From: Candidatus Minusculum obligatum
GTDB lineage: Bacteria > Patescibacteriota > Minisyncoccia > Phycocordibacterales > Phycocordibacteraceae
Assembly: GCA_045401155.1 (NCBI GenBank)
Contig: CP174360.1
Coordinates: forward strand, 11,072 to 75,071
Reading direction: 5' to 3'
DNA: 64,000 nucleotides
Below, one piece after another: positions 37,628 through 47,660 of the stretch. Each line of letters starts with the position of its first letter. The first letter of the stretch is position 1. The notes beneath the pieces are model-generated. The model was not told where the DNA came from and made no database searches. It worked only from the letters and a program-made list of their open reading frames with translations. The position numbers and the translations under genes are program-made.

Positions 37628-39778
37628 TTACACTCCTCGAGCTTCAGCGATCTCTTTTGCCACATTTGCGGGCACAACTGCGTAGTGATCGAACTCCATA
37701 GACATGTTTGCTCGTCCCTCAGTCATAGATCGAAGTGTGGTTGTGTATCCGAACATCTCAGATAGCGGCACCTTAGCGTGTAGAAGCTTAATTCCTCCCT
37801 CCATATCATCCATAGACTCAATGTGTCCACGCTTAGATGTAAGGTTTCCGTTGATGTCTCCCATAAACTGCTCAGGTGTCATAACCTCAACCTTCATGAT
37901 TGGCTCAAGAAGCACAGCCTTAGCCTGCTTTGCTCCATCCTTAAAGGCCTGGATAGCAGCAAGCTTAAAGGCAATCTCAGATGAGTCCACTTCGTGGAAT
38001 GATCCGTCATATAGATCAACAGACACATTTACCATTGGGTATCCTGCGATAACTCCGCGACTCATAGCCTCCTTAACTCCCTTCTCAACAGCAGGAATGT
38101 ATTCCTGAGGAATAACTCCTCCCTTAATATTGTTTACAAACTCAAAGCCTTCTTCTCGCTTTGTGTTCTTTGGAGCCACATCATCCTCTCCGTACTCTGG
38201 AAGCGGCTTAATTCGCAGCTTCACGTGTCCGTACTGTCCCTTACCTCCTGACTGCTTGATGTACTTGTGCTCTACCTCAGCTTCTCCCTGGATAGTTTCT
38301 CGGTATGCCACCTGTGGCTTACCTACGTTTGCCTCCACGTTAAACTCTCGCTTCATTCGATCCACAAGAATCTCAAGGTGTAGCTCACCCATACCAGCAA
38401 TAATAGTCTCCATAGTCTCAGAATCTGAGGTCACACGGAATGTAGGATCCTCATCTGACAGCTTGTTAAGCGCAATACCAAGCTTCTCCTGGTCAGCCTT
38501 AGTCTTAGGCTCAATACGCATCGCCACCACTGGCTCTGGGAAGGTAATTTGGTCAAGGATAATAGGCTCAGACTCATCACATAGTGTGTGAGATGTCTTC
38601 ACATCCTTAAGACCTACGGCAGCTGCAATCTCTCCAGCGTACACCTCATCTACCTCCTCTCGCTTATCGGCCATCATTCGCACAATTCGAGAAAGTCGCT
38701 CCTTTTGACCTGTAGTTGAGTTATATACGTAACTTCCAGCCTTTACGGTACCTGAGTACACGCGGAAGAATGTAAGAGATCCCACAAACGGGTCTGTTTG
38801 TAGCTTGAAAGCCAATGCAGCAAATGGTGCATCATCCTTAGGCTCTCGAGTAATCTCCTCCTCTGTCTTAGGATCAATTCCCTTAACGGCTGCAAGCTCA
38901 GAAGGCGCAGGTAGGTAATCCACCACACCATCAAGCACAAGCTGTACTCCCTTGTTCTTAAGCGCAGAACCTGTAAATACAGGGAAGATATCATTTGCGA
39001 TAACCGCTTTTCGAAGTCCTGCCTTTAGCTCCTCAAGTGTAAACTCTCCTCCCTCAAGGAATGTATCGAGCATATCCTCATTGCTCTCTGCAATCTTTTC
39101 AACAAGCTCAGCACGGAACTTCTCCGCATCTGCCTTTAGATTTTCAGGGATCTCCTCCTCTCGAACAACCTCTCCCATCTGCCCGTCAAAGTAGAAGGCC
39201 TTCATCTTTAGAAGATCTACTGCTCCTTCGTGATCTCCCTCCTCTCCAATAGGGATCTGTAGTCGAACCGCCTTCTTTGAAAGACGCTTCAAAATAGAAT
39301 CGTATGAGCGCTCAAAGCTTGCTCCTGTACGGTCAAGCTTATTGATGAAACAAATACGTGGCACCTTTGCCTCCTCGGCATATCGCCAGTTTGTCTCTGA
39401 CTGTGGCTCCACTCCAGCCACTCCGTCAAATACCACTACCGCACCATCAAGCACACGCATAGACCGCTTCACCTCAGCGGTAAAGTCGATGTGACCTGGG
39501 GTATCAATAATGTTGAAGTTATATCGCTGTGATTGATCATCTGGATCTCCATCAGTCTTTGTATAACCACAAGAAATCGCAGCTGAGGTAATTGTAATTC
39601 CTCGCTCTCGCTCCTGCTCCATCCAGTCAGTTACAGTCTCTCCATCGTGCACCTCACCAATTTTGTGTGAGATTCCGGTGTAGAAAAGAATACGCTCTGA
39701 CGTCGTTGTCTTTCCCGCATCAATGTGGGCGATAATTCCGAAGTTTCGAACCTTATCGAGTGGGTATTGTCGTGCCAT
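37628..39778 (-). CDS. fusA: Elongation factor G
   Basis: AHIDAGKTT, DTPGH, SGGKGQYGHV; terminator 37574-37608. Confidence 0.98.
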   Translation of the reverse strand: MARQYPLDKVRNFGIIAHIDAGKTTTSERILFYTGISHKIGEVHDGETVTDWMEQERERGITITSAAISCGYTKTDGDPDDQSQRYNFNIIDTPGHIDFTAEVKRSMRVLDGAVVVFDGVAGVEPQSETNWRYAEEAKVPRICFINKLDRTGASFERSYDSILKRLSKKAVRLQIPIGEEGDHEGAVDLLKMKAFYFDGQMGEVVREEEIPENLKADAEKFRAELVEKIAESNEDMLDTFLEGGEFTLEELKAGLRKAVIANDIFPVFTGSALKNKGVQLVLDGVVDYLPAPSELAAVKGIDPKTEEEITREPKDDAPFAALAFKLQTDPFVGSLTFFRVYSGTVKAGSYVYNSTTGQKERLSRIVRMMADKREEVDEVYAGEIAAAVGLKDVKTSHTLCDESEPIILDQITFPEPVVAMRIEPKTKADQEKLGIALNKLSDEDPTFRVTSDSETMETIIAGMGELHLEILVDRMKREFNVEANVGKPQVAYRETIQGEAEVEHKYIKQSGGKGQYGHVKLRIKPLPEYGEDDVAPKNTKREEGFEFVNNIKGGVIPQEYIPAVEKGVKEAMSRGVIAGYPMVNVSVDLYDGSFHEVDSSEIAFKLAAIQAFKDGAKQAKAVLLEPIMKVEVMTPEQFMGDINGNLTSKRGHIESMDDMEGGIKLLHAKVPLSEMFGYTTTLRSMTEGRANMSMEFDHYAVVPANVAKEIAEARGV

Positions 39779-39895
39779 ATATAATAATTGTAATAAAAAT
39801 AAAAGCGCTCAAACGCTGTTGCTGGTTAGCATACTAAAAGTAGAGGCAAAAGCAAGGAGCCCCGCCAAAAGAAATGACGGGGCTCCGTATCGAAC

Positions 39896-40435
39896 CTAGA
39901 GGGCCAGAGGCTCTTTAAGGAACAGGTTTTGTGAGGTCCTGTGCAACCAATGACCGGGATCATGAGTGTCCACAGACCAGATCCCCGGCCCATACGCCGG
40001 ATCAAGATGCCCTACCGAGATAAAAAGGACGTCCTGATACGTATCAGGCTTCCTTACTGCGAACAGGTTTCCCGTAATACCCTTGGTGAGCGGATATGGT
40101 TCACGACAGGGATCTTTTTCTGCCTCATCAGCCTCTTTCATCATGAAAGCAGCCCTCATCGAGAATTCTTCCAGGCAAAACAGGTGCTTTTGGCGTAAGG
40201 ATTCCCGAAACTCGGAACCTTCCCGGAAATACTCTTCCGAGATAAATGCGTGAGAGATGGTGGTCTCAAAAACAGGCCGACGCTTCACCCCCTTGAGCAA
40301 AGTTTTTATCCCGTCTCTCAAAGAGTGTCTTGGGTTCCAGCGAGAGAGCATTGGGGAGCGGCTTTTCCTTGGCAAGGTCAACTGCTCCCAAGCAATAGAC
40401 GGCAGTCTTTTCTGCTCTACTTGAGTCAAATCCAT
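39896..40435 (-). CDS. Orphan protein (cassette) between rpsG and fusA
   Basis: TTGACA-17-TAGGTT, AAAGGGA SD-like, hairpin 39856-39886. Confidence 0.7.
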   Translation of the reverse strand: MDLTQVEQKRLPSIAWEQLTLPRKSRSPMLSRWNPRHSLRDGIKTLLKGVKRRPVFETTISHAFISEEYFREGSEFRESLRQKHLFCLEEFSMRAAFMMKEADEAEKDPCREPYPLTKGITGNLFAVRKPDTYQDVLFISVGHLDPAYGPGIWSVDTHDPGHWLHRTSQNLFLKEPLAL

Positions 40436-40533
40436 GGGTTTCCCTTTCTACGTAGGATTCTATTCTCCAAGATAAAACCTACGTCCATAAAATATTTTTG
40501 TCAACGAAAAAACGCCCTCTCGGGCGCTTCCTC

Positions 40534-40998
40534 TTACCATGCAAAGTGTGCAAAGGCTTTGTTGGCGTCTGCCATCTTGTGCGTATCTTCTTTCTTCTTT
40601 ACTGCCTCTCCTTCGTTTGTAGCGGCAAGCTTTAGCTCAGCTGCAAGGGCCTTTGCCATAGGTGTACCCTTTTGCTTACGCGCTCCGGCAATAATCCACC
40701 GGTACGCAAGGCTCATTCGTCGTACATCTCGCACCTCTCGAGGAACCTGATAGTTTGCTCCTCCCACTCGTCGAGAACGTACCTCCATAAGAGGACCCGC
40801 ATTCTTTACTGCCTCTTCAAATGTTGAAAGTGGATCAAGCCCGTCCTGCTCTAGGATTGCAAAAGCATCATATACAACTTCTTTTGCAGTCTCTTTCTTT
40901 CCATCTAACATGATGTAGTTGATGAATCGAGCAAGCTTCTCTGATCCGTACTTAGGATCTGGTCGCCAAGTTCGCTGTTTTTTAAGTGGTCGTCGCAT
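40534..40998 (-). CDS. rpsG: 30S ribosomal protein S7
   Basis: RRVGGANYQVP, HKMADANKAFAHF. Confidence 0.97.
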   Translation of the reverse strand: MRRPLKKQRTWRPDPKYGSEKLARFINYIMLDGKKETAKEVVYDAFAILEQDGLDPLSTFEEAVKNAGPLMEVRSRRVGGANYQVPREVRDVRRMSLAYRWIIAGARKQKGTPMAKALAAELKLAATNEGEAVKKKEDTHKMADANKAFAHFAW

Positions 40999-40999
40999 A

Positions 41000-41416
41000 T
41001 TATGAATCTCCCTTAGGCTTCTTAGCTCCGTATCGAGATCGTCCTCGCTTACGTCCCTCTACACCAGTAGCATCAAGCTTACCTCGCACCACAGTGTAGT
41101 TAACTCCAATATCTTTTACACGTCCTCCACGTACAAGCACTACTGAGTGCTCCTGTAGATTGTGTCCCTCACCTGGGATATACGCAGTAATTTCACGTCC
41201 GTTTGTAAGTCGTACTCGGGCAATCTTTCGAATAGCTGAGTTCGGCTTTCGAGGAGTCTTGGTAGTAACCTTTGTACATACACCTCGCTTAAATGGAGAA
41301 GGATATTCGGTTGGTTTATTTTTGATTGAGTTAAATCCACGAGAAAGGGCCTCCGTTCGTGTCTTTCGGATCTTATCTTTTCGAGCTTTCTTTGTAAGCT
41401 GATTTACTGTTGGCAT
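41000..41416 (-). CDS. rpsL: 30S ribosomal protein S12
   Basis: [22 protein letters not shown]. Confidence 0.97.
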   Translation of the reverse strand: MPTVNQLTKKARKDKIRKTRTEALSRGFNSIKNKPTEYPSPFKRGVCTKVTTKTPRKPNSAIRKIARVRLTNGREITAYIPGEGHNLQEHSVVLVRGGRVKDIGVNYTVVRGKLDATGVEGRKRGRSRYGAKKPKGDS

Positions 41417-41482
41417 ATAAATAAAATGTCCCAACCAGGAACGAGTGCTACTCTACTATCTAATACGGGTAATTGCAAGCAT

Positions 41483-42166
41483 CTAGAGCACCTTTTTACG
41501 AAACCGAACAAATGATGCAATACCGATACCCAAAAGAAGCACGAGAAGCACAATCGTAAGCTCAAGCACGGGCAACTCTCCCTCTACCGTAATTACTGCT
41601 GCCTGAAGCTCGATCAAATCCTCAACCTCCTCAATTGGAGCCACTTCTTGCTTTATCTCCTCCACAAAAACAGGAGACGCAGCCTCAGATACAGCAAATT
41701 CCCGAGGCAACACTACTTCCTCAGAATATCCTGCAATGCTCGCAATAACGCTTCCTGCAAAGAGATTTTTACCATCCTTTCCATATAGCTTTGAACGGCT
41801 CTCAACTGCTAGCACTGCTACATCTGAATTCTTTTTAGTAACATCAAAACGAAATAGCTCTGTCTTTTGTGTTATTCCCCCGGGAAATCCTGCTGTCTTA
41901 AGCACATACCCCTCCTCCTCTAATGCATACCCCTCCTGTGTAAGAGGAATCCAAGACGGCGCAAATACAATATTGTCTATAGAAAGTGCCGCCTGATCAT
42001 ATGAGATGACAGACTGTGCGGTATATACCCCCTTGCCCTCTGGAACCACATACACAATTCCAACCCCTTCCTCTCCAGCTTTAATATCTGGAAGAGAAAC
42101 CTCAAAAGTTGCCGCGAAGAGCGTGCTAGGAAGAAGAAATAGTGCTGTAAGTAGTAACGTGCGCAT
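41483..42166 (-). CDS. Secreted cohesin-like beta protein with C-terminal TM anchor
   Basis: Signal peptide, ISYDQAALSI beta pattern, acidic linker, C-terminal TM + RFRKK. Confidence 0.55.
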   Translation of the reverse strand: MRTLLLTALFLLPSTLFAATFEVSLPDIKAGEEGVGIVYVVPEGKGVYTAQSVISYDQAALSIDNIVFAPSWIPLTQEGYALEEEGYVLKTAGFPGGITQKTELFRFDVTKKNSDVAVLAVESRSKLYGKDGKNLFAGSVIASIAGYSEEVVLPREFAVSEAASPVFVEEIKQEVAPIEEVEDLIELQAAVITVEGELPVLELTIVLLVLLLGIGIASFVRFRKKVL

Positions 42167-42167
42167 A

Positions 42168-42695
42168 TTATGACCAGTGTGCCATTAATAGATTAAAATC
42201 CAAGATATCTGTAGTCCCGTCTCCATTAAGATCCGCCGCAGGAGTACCCCAATTACTCATAAGGAAATTGAAATCTTTAATATCAACCACCCCGTCCCCC
42301 GTAAAATCAAAAGAAGGAGAAGAAGGAACACTTGAAGAGCTCCCTGAAGAAACAGACACACCGCCCCCACTTGGAGCATACAGCGTAAGATTTATTTCTG
42401 AAAGAGATCCATTTTGATATACAAGCGTCTCATTTGTCTGTGATCCATCAATCAAGAAAGAAACAGTCTCTCCTGCAAGATCTCCATCTACATCTTCAAT
42501 AAAGAAAAAGGTGTTCTGTCCAAAAGAACCATCCTCTTCAATTGAAGTACTCGCGATCGTATCTCCATCTACAAGTGCAGAAACCGTCCCCGAACTAAAT
42601 CCAGAAACACTTCCATATACCTGATGCGGAATACGCGGTGCCGCAAGCAACATAAGTGGAAGACTAAGCAGAGCTATAATAACTACATATTTCAT
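42168..42695 (-). CDS. Secreted dockerin type I-domain protein
   Basis: Signal peptide, Ser/Gly linker, DFTGDGVVDIKDF / DLNGDGTTDILDF duplicated Ca-loops. Confidence 0.8.
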   Translation of the reverse strand: MKYVVIIALLSLPLMLLAAPRIPHQVYGSVSGFSSGTVSALVDGDTIASTSIEEDGSFGQNTFFFIEDVDGDLAGETVSFLIDGSQTNETLVYQNGSLSEINLTLYAPSGGGVSVSSGSSSSVPSSPSFDFTGDGVVDIKDFNFLMSNWGTPAADLNGDGTTDILDFNLLMAHWS

Positions 42696-44629
42696 ATACT
42701 GCGAGAAAGGGTTACATCACTTGCAACATTCATCCAAAATCCATCTCCTAGACTAACGTCAGACACAGAAACTTCTTCTCCATCCTCATATGAAACTAGA
42801 TCTGTATAAGCAACACCCGCAAGGCCAATACTAGAAAATGCTGTATCAATTGAAACTGCGTCAGTTGTCTCTTCATCTATCTGCGGATATCCAACAAGTT
42901 GCCACCCAGAAGAAATCTCTCGAGAAGCATCCCAAAGATCTCCTAGAACAGTAAGCGTTACATCCTCAGACACCTCAATAAAGTACGCATACCCGACCTC
43001 CATGCTTGTAAGATTTGAAAGCACTGCATTGTCTGGATAGTACACATACCAAGTGCCATCTATATACGTCCACACTGCTTCCACAGAAGCAATAATCTCA
43101 TCTAATACACTACTAATACTGGTATCCTCAGGAACAATTGGAAGTGAAATAAGATTTAACCCTCCGTTTACACTTGTAAGAGGAATTGAAACCTCAAGCG
43201 AAGATCCTTCAACCACGACTTCCTCCTCCTCTTGATACACTACAAGCGCACTCTCATCTGTAGTCTCCGTTGCAGTAGATTCATTCTCAGAATCATCGAG
43301 CACAGAGATTGAAAATGTAACCGTACCTGAAGGAGTGTCTGCATCTACCGTATATGTAGCCGTATAGGTGGTACCCGTAGTAGCTACCGCAACGTCTATC
43401 TCATCAACAAGATCCACAGACACACTTGCCGCCTCCTCTGCAAGCAAGAATGTGAGTGTAATCTCATCTCCTACCATAACCGCATCAGTAGAAGATGCGT
43501 TTGTGGTAAGACCTACAAATGAAATGACAACAGGGGTCTCATCTGCCGCACGCGTTGAAGAAACTGTTTGCTCTTCTGCCTTATTTCCTGCCAAATCTTC
43601 AATAGAGGCTGGATTAATTGCACCAACCTCAAGTGTTACATCAATACTTGTGGCCTCCGTTGTGCTTGCGAGCGTCAAATCTACTACGCCGGGAGAAATC
43701 TCATCTGCTGCAGTAATAGTATTTTCTGAAAGATAGAAATCGGTACCAGTGCCATTTACCGTTGTGCCATCTACATCCTCACTAAAGGTAACTGAGATCT
43801 TTGTTCCATCTTCTGAAATCTCTGCTCCAATCATAATCGGAAGCACCATGTCAGTTGAAGTAACTGTCGTCTCATCGAGCGTATTCCCATCTCGATCATC
43901 TACATCTACAATCGTCACATCAGGAGTAGCGCCACCATCTGGAGCATCACCTTCCTCAACGGTGATCATGATTGCGTCTAGATCAAGCTCAAGCCCAAAC
44001 TCCCAATGCCCTACGGCAGTAACGGTGTACCCATCTACGGTAATATCCTCTATAGCAAATGTATTTTTATCTGGAATTGTAGAAAATTCAGGTTTAATCG
44101 TATCGATAAATCCATTCCCATCCTCATCGTATGTTGCAGCACCATCTAACGTAAAAGGATTTTCTTCCTCAACTTCTACCGCAGTAATAGAAAACTCATG
44201 CTCTGTCCCAAAATCCTCTGGATCATCCGTATATGTCGTAACAAAAAGCGTGTACTCTCCCGCATCCTCTATAACAACATCAAATGAGACACTCTCACTC
44301 CCTTCAAATGCTGGATCCCAGAAACAATCAATCTCAAAATCCAGTGAATAATCTTCTCCAGATCCACATGAGATGCTCTCTAGCCCCTCAACCTCTATAA
44401 AGGACTCATCTAGTATCGAAATGATCACCTCAGATGTCACTTCATCTGAATTTTCAAATGTAACTGAAAATGTAGAACTCTCACCTACAGGAAACTCTCG
44501 AGTAGACTCCCCGCCAATCGTAAAACTCACCTCTACAGGAGCCGCCTGTAAAAAAAGAAAACCACCAAAAAAGGTGGCCATTAGGAGACTTGCTATTCGT
44601 ACACCAAAACTAATCCGTCCGCTCATTAC
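42692..44629 (-). CDS. Large acidic secreted/surface protein with Ig-like repeats
   Basis: Signal peptide, very D/E/T-rich, DLAGN motif, duplicated GLNLISLP/GWQLVGYP C-terminal units. Confidence 0.7.
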   Translation of the reverse strand, partial: VMSGRISFGVRIASLLMATFFGGFLFLQAAPVEVSFTIGGESTREFPVGESSTFSVTFENSDEVTSEVIISILDESFIEVEGLESISCGSGEDYSLDFEIDCFWDPAFEGSESVSFDVVIEDAGEYTLFVTTYTDDPEDFGTEHEFSITAVEVEEENPFTLDGAATYDEDGNGFIDTIKPEFSTIPDKNTFAIEDITVDGYTVTAVGHWEFGLELDLDAIMITVEEGDAPDGGATPDVTIVDVDDRDGNTLDETTVTSTDMVLPIMIGAEISEDGTKISVTFSEDVDGTTVNGTGTDFYLSENTITAADEISPGVVDLTLASTTEATSIDVTLEVGAINPASIEDLAGNKAEEQTVSSTRAADETPVVISFVGLTTNASSTDAVMVGDEITLTFLLAEEAASVSVDLVDEIDVAVATTGTTYTATYTVDADTPSGTVTFSISVLDDSENESTATETTDESALVVYQEEEEVVVEGSSLEVSIPLTSVNGGLNLISLPIVPEDTSISSVLDEIIASVEAVWTYIDGTWYVYYPDNAVLSNLTSMEVGYAYFIEVSEDVTLTVLGDLWDASREISSGWQLVGYPQIDEETTDAVSIDTAFSSIGLAGVAYTDLVSYEDGEEVSVSDVSLGDGFWMNVASDVTLSRSI

Positions 44630-44676
44630 CTGCATATTGTACAGCACTTGTACAATATACGGAACATGTCGTCAAC

Positions 44677-45321
44677 CTAGAATAGAGAAAGCGGTGCGCC
44701 CACAATAAGCGTAAATACATACTGCACAAGTGCAAAGAATGGCCCCGAAAGTACTGAAATAAACAAGAATATAAATAAGAATAGAGAAATAATTCCAAAA
44801 GACTGCACTTTTTGCTCAAAATTCCTAAACATAAGCGCAAACTTATACGGAAGCAGCGTCCTTAATACCGTATACCCATCAAGTGGCGGAATTGGAATTA
44901 AGTTAAAGAGTCCCAAAAATAGGTTTACCAATACCACAAGCGCAGAAAGCGCCAAGAATGTATCTGGAAGCCCTTCGCCAAAGCGAATAATAAGACCAAA
45001 AATAAGCGCTATAAGAAGATTCACTGCAGGACCTGCAAAGGCAACAATCCCTTCGCCAAAACGCTGATTCTTTAGGTTAAGCGGGTTATATGGCACTGGC
45101 TTTGCCCATCCAAACAAAAATCCGGCACTTGTAAGCACTAAAAATGCAGGAATGAGTACTGACCCCACAAGATCAATGTGCGGAATGGGATTAAGGGTCA
45201 AACGACCAGCTAGCTTTGCGGTGGGATCCCCAAGCGCATTTGCAGCATACCCGTGCGATACCTCATGCAAGATAATCGAAATAATAAGAATAAGTACTGT
45301 AAATAGAAAAACTTCTGACAT
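44677..45321 (-). CDS. Site-2 protease (M50 family)
   Basis: HEVSHG, AGPAVN, FNLIPIPPLDG. Confidence 0.93.
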   Translation of the reverse strand: MSEVFLFTVLILIISIILHEVSHGYAANALGDPTAKLAGRLTLNPIPHIDLVGSVLIPAFLVLTSAGFLFGWAKPVPYNPLNLKNQRFGEGIVAFAGPAVNLLIALIFGLIIRFGEGLPDTFLALSALVVLVNLFLGLFNLIPIPPLDGYTVLRTLLPYKFALMFRNFEQKVQSFGIISLFLFIFLFISVLSGPFFALVQYVFTLIVGAPLSLF

Positions 45322-45408
45322 ATAGGTACCAGCATACTATATTGTGCACTTCTGTATATTGACACCCACACAAAACGGGCGTTTAGTAAAAGAGGAAGGA
45401 GGTGTGCC

Positions 45409-45612
45409 ATGCCTTTTCACGACCTGGCACCAGGCGATGCCGAGCACATTGGACACTCTGTCACCGCAACCTCTCATGCAGACGTTCCCGAAGGGACAAA
45501 GGGGGAGATCACAGACTTTGTCACCCTCCCCACGGGACCCCGCCTTTGCATCCACTGGAGTGGAGGCAAGGAAAACTGGTATCCGCCAGAAGCTGCAAAC
45601 GAGGAGGACTGA
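45409..45612 (+). CDS. Orphan small protein, possibly SH3-like barrel (cassette)
   Basis: TTGACA-17-TTTAGT from 45359, AAGGAGGT SD, hairpin 45621-45640. Confidence 0.72.
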   Translation: MPFHDLAPGDAEHIGHSVTATSHADVPEGTKGEITDFVTLPTGPRLCIHWSGGKENWYPPEAANEED

Positions 45613-45683
45613 GTTTTCGAAGGGCCTGGAGACAGGCCCTTTGTGTTGCAATTATTTCAATTTCCTAGTACTCTACTGCCACT

Positions 45684-45926
45684 ATGTCACGAAAGTGTGA
45701 AATTACAGGAAAAACTTCTCAAGTAGGCGGCGGGTACAGCAACCGTACGCGTGCTACGAAGTTTAATCCAACAGGAAAGCGTCGACGACAGGTAAACCTG
45801 CAGCGACGTCGTATTTTCGTACCTGAGCTAAATAAGACAGTATCTCTAACTGTTTCAACCTCAGCCCTAAAAGATATTAAGAAGAACGGAGCCTACGCAA
45901 CGCTAAAGAAGGCAAATCTTATTTAA
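45684..45926 (+). CDS. rpmB: 50S ribosomal protein L28
   Basis: MSRKCEITGK, RRQVNLQ, VSTSALK. Confidence 0.92.
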   Translation: MSRKCEITGKTSQVGGGYSNRTRATKFNPTGKRRRQVNLQRRRIFVPELNKTVSLTVSTSALKDIKKNGAYATLKKANLI

Positions 45927-46734
45927 GAAAAAATTTCTCTCCATCTGAGAAAAAGACCAAAGACCCTTGCTCATACGTAGCGAGGGTCTTTGCTTTTATG
46001 CTTTCAAAAACTCTGAGCACCTCCTCATGTGGATGCCCGTACCGATTATCTTTCCCAGCGGAAATCACAATAAATTCTGGATCTACTGCTTTCACAAACT
46101 CAAAATCACTTGAGGTCTTAGATCCGTGATGCCCTGCCTTTAGAATTGTACTTTTGATATTTTCACCTATAAGAAACTTTTCAATCGAAACCCCTGCATC
46201 TCCCGTCAAAAGCACGCTTGTATCTTTGTAGACTAAGCGCGTAACTACTGATGCATTATTTACCCCTCCTTTTATTTCTCTATCTGGAAATAAAATTTCA
46301 ATATATACATCCGTGCCCAAAACAACTTTCATTCCCTTCCTTGCAACAACATATGTGCCTTCATCAGAAACCCTCTCCATTAGCTCCGTATATACATTTG
46401 TTGTATTTGTAACTCCAGGATCTAGAAAGTATGAAACATTGTACCTATCAAACACATCAACCAATCCTCCAATGTGATCCTTATCTGGATGCGTGCCAAT
46501 AACCACGTCTATATCTCTATCAAAATACGAATGCCTCTTTGAAAGCTCTCGAAGCACAGACGCATTAGCTCCTCCATCTATAAGCACATCATTTCCATTT
46601 GGTGCTTTGATATAAATCGCATCTCCCTGACCCACATCAAGAAACGTAACCTCTAAGTATTTAGGAGAAAATATCTCATATGAAAGAAAGGTCTGCGCAA
46701 CTATAAGAAAAAATAGAATACTGACTCGCACCAT
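45919..46734 (-). CDS. ComEC/Rec2-type MBL-fold nuclease (separate gene)
   Basis: FLDVGQGDA, THPDKDHIGG, LTGDA, GHHGS, NRYGHPH. Confidence 0.92.
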   Translation of the reverse strand: MVRVSILFFLIVAQTFLSYEIFSPKYLEVTFLDVGQGDAIYIKAPNGNDVLIDGGANASVLRELSKRHSYFDRDIDVVIGTHPDKDHIGGLVDVFDRYNVSYFLDPGVTNTTNVYTELMERVSDEGTYVVARKGMKVVLGTDVYIEILFPDREIKGGVNNASVVTRLVYKDTSVLLTGDAGVSIEKFLIGENIKSTILKAGHHGSKTSSDFEFVKAVDPEFIVISAGKDNRYGHPHEEVLRVFESIKAKTLATYEQGSLVFFSDGEKFFLK

Positions 46735-46758
46735 ACCTCTATGGTACGATACCCGCAT

Positions 46759-47331
46759 ATGAAACTCTACGAACCAAAAAAGTTTAATTTGCCAACAATT
46801 GAAGGACTTTCTGAAAAACAAATCGAGGTCCACCTAAAACTCTACGAAGGATACGTAACACACGTAAACAAAATTCGAGAGCAAATTGAAGAACTAAAAG
46901 AAAAAGATACAAATCAATATGTAATTGATGAACTTCGTCGACGATTCTCTTTTGAATTTGATGGAATGCGCCTTCATGAATACTACTTTGAGCAACTTGA
47001 GAATGGAAAAACAGATGTGCCCGAGAATCTAAACACTCTTGTATCAGAAAAGTATGGAGATTTTGATGGGTTCCTTGCACATATTAAAGAAGTTGCTGGA
47101 TCTCGAGGAATCGGATGGGTAATCGTGAGTCATGACGACAAAGAAAACCAAATCCACACAACCTTTGTTGCAGATCACGAACTTGGACATCTTGCAGGAA
47201 CAAATATTATTCTTGCGGTTGACCTTTGGGAGCATGCATTCATGGTTGACTACATCCCTGCAGAAAAAGGAAACTATATTCAAACTATCCTCGACAATAT
47301 AAACTGGGACGTGGTTGGAAAAAGAATTTAA
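46759..47331 (+). CDS. Fe/Mn superoxide dismutase family protein
   Basis: HLKLYEGYV, LHEYYF, DLWEHAF. Confidence 0.88.
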   Translation: MKLYEPKKFNLPTIEGLSEKQIEVHLKLYEGYVTHVNKIREQIEELKEKDTNQYVIDELRRRFSFEFDGMRLHEYYFEQLENGKTDVPENLNTLVSEKYGDFDGFLAHIKEVAGSRGIGWVIVSHDDKENQIHTTFVADHELGHLAGTNIILAVDLWEHAFMVDYIPAEKGNYIQTILDNINWDVVGKRI

Positions 47332-47383
47332 AAAATCGAACGCCGCGAATTTCTCCGCGGCGTTTTGATTTGAACTGACTGAG

Positions 47384-47656
47384 TTACTTCGCAGCAAACG
47401 GATTCCGCTGCGGAGCCATCATCTGCCTGAAAAACATAACCACATTCTGCGGGCCGACAAGTACAGTGCCGAACGCAAGCAGAATGAGGAATTGTTTCCA
47501 GGCAAACATGAAAATGAGGATATATAGCACGAGCGTAACCACTGCGCCACTCCCCATCACAACCCAGTCAAGGAAAGAGAACTTCCCAGGGACAACAGGA
47601 ACAATAGGAAGGCTCTTATCCAGGTTCGTCTTCGAATACACTGGATTCATTTTCAT
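47384..47656 (-). CDS. Orphan two-TM protein (cassette)
   Basis: GGAGGAGGT SD overlapping comEC end; hairpin 47339-47366. Confidence 0.7.
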   Translation of the reverse strand: MKMNPVYSKTNLDKSLPIVPVVPGKFSFLDWVVMGSGAVVTLVLYILIFMFAWKQFLILLAFGTVLVGPQNVVMFFRQMMAPQRNPFAAK

Positions 47657-47660
47657 AGTC

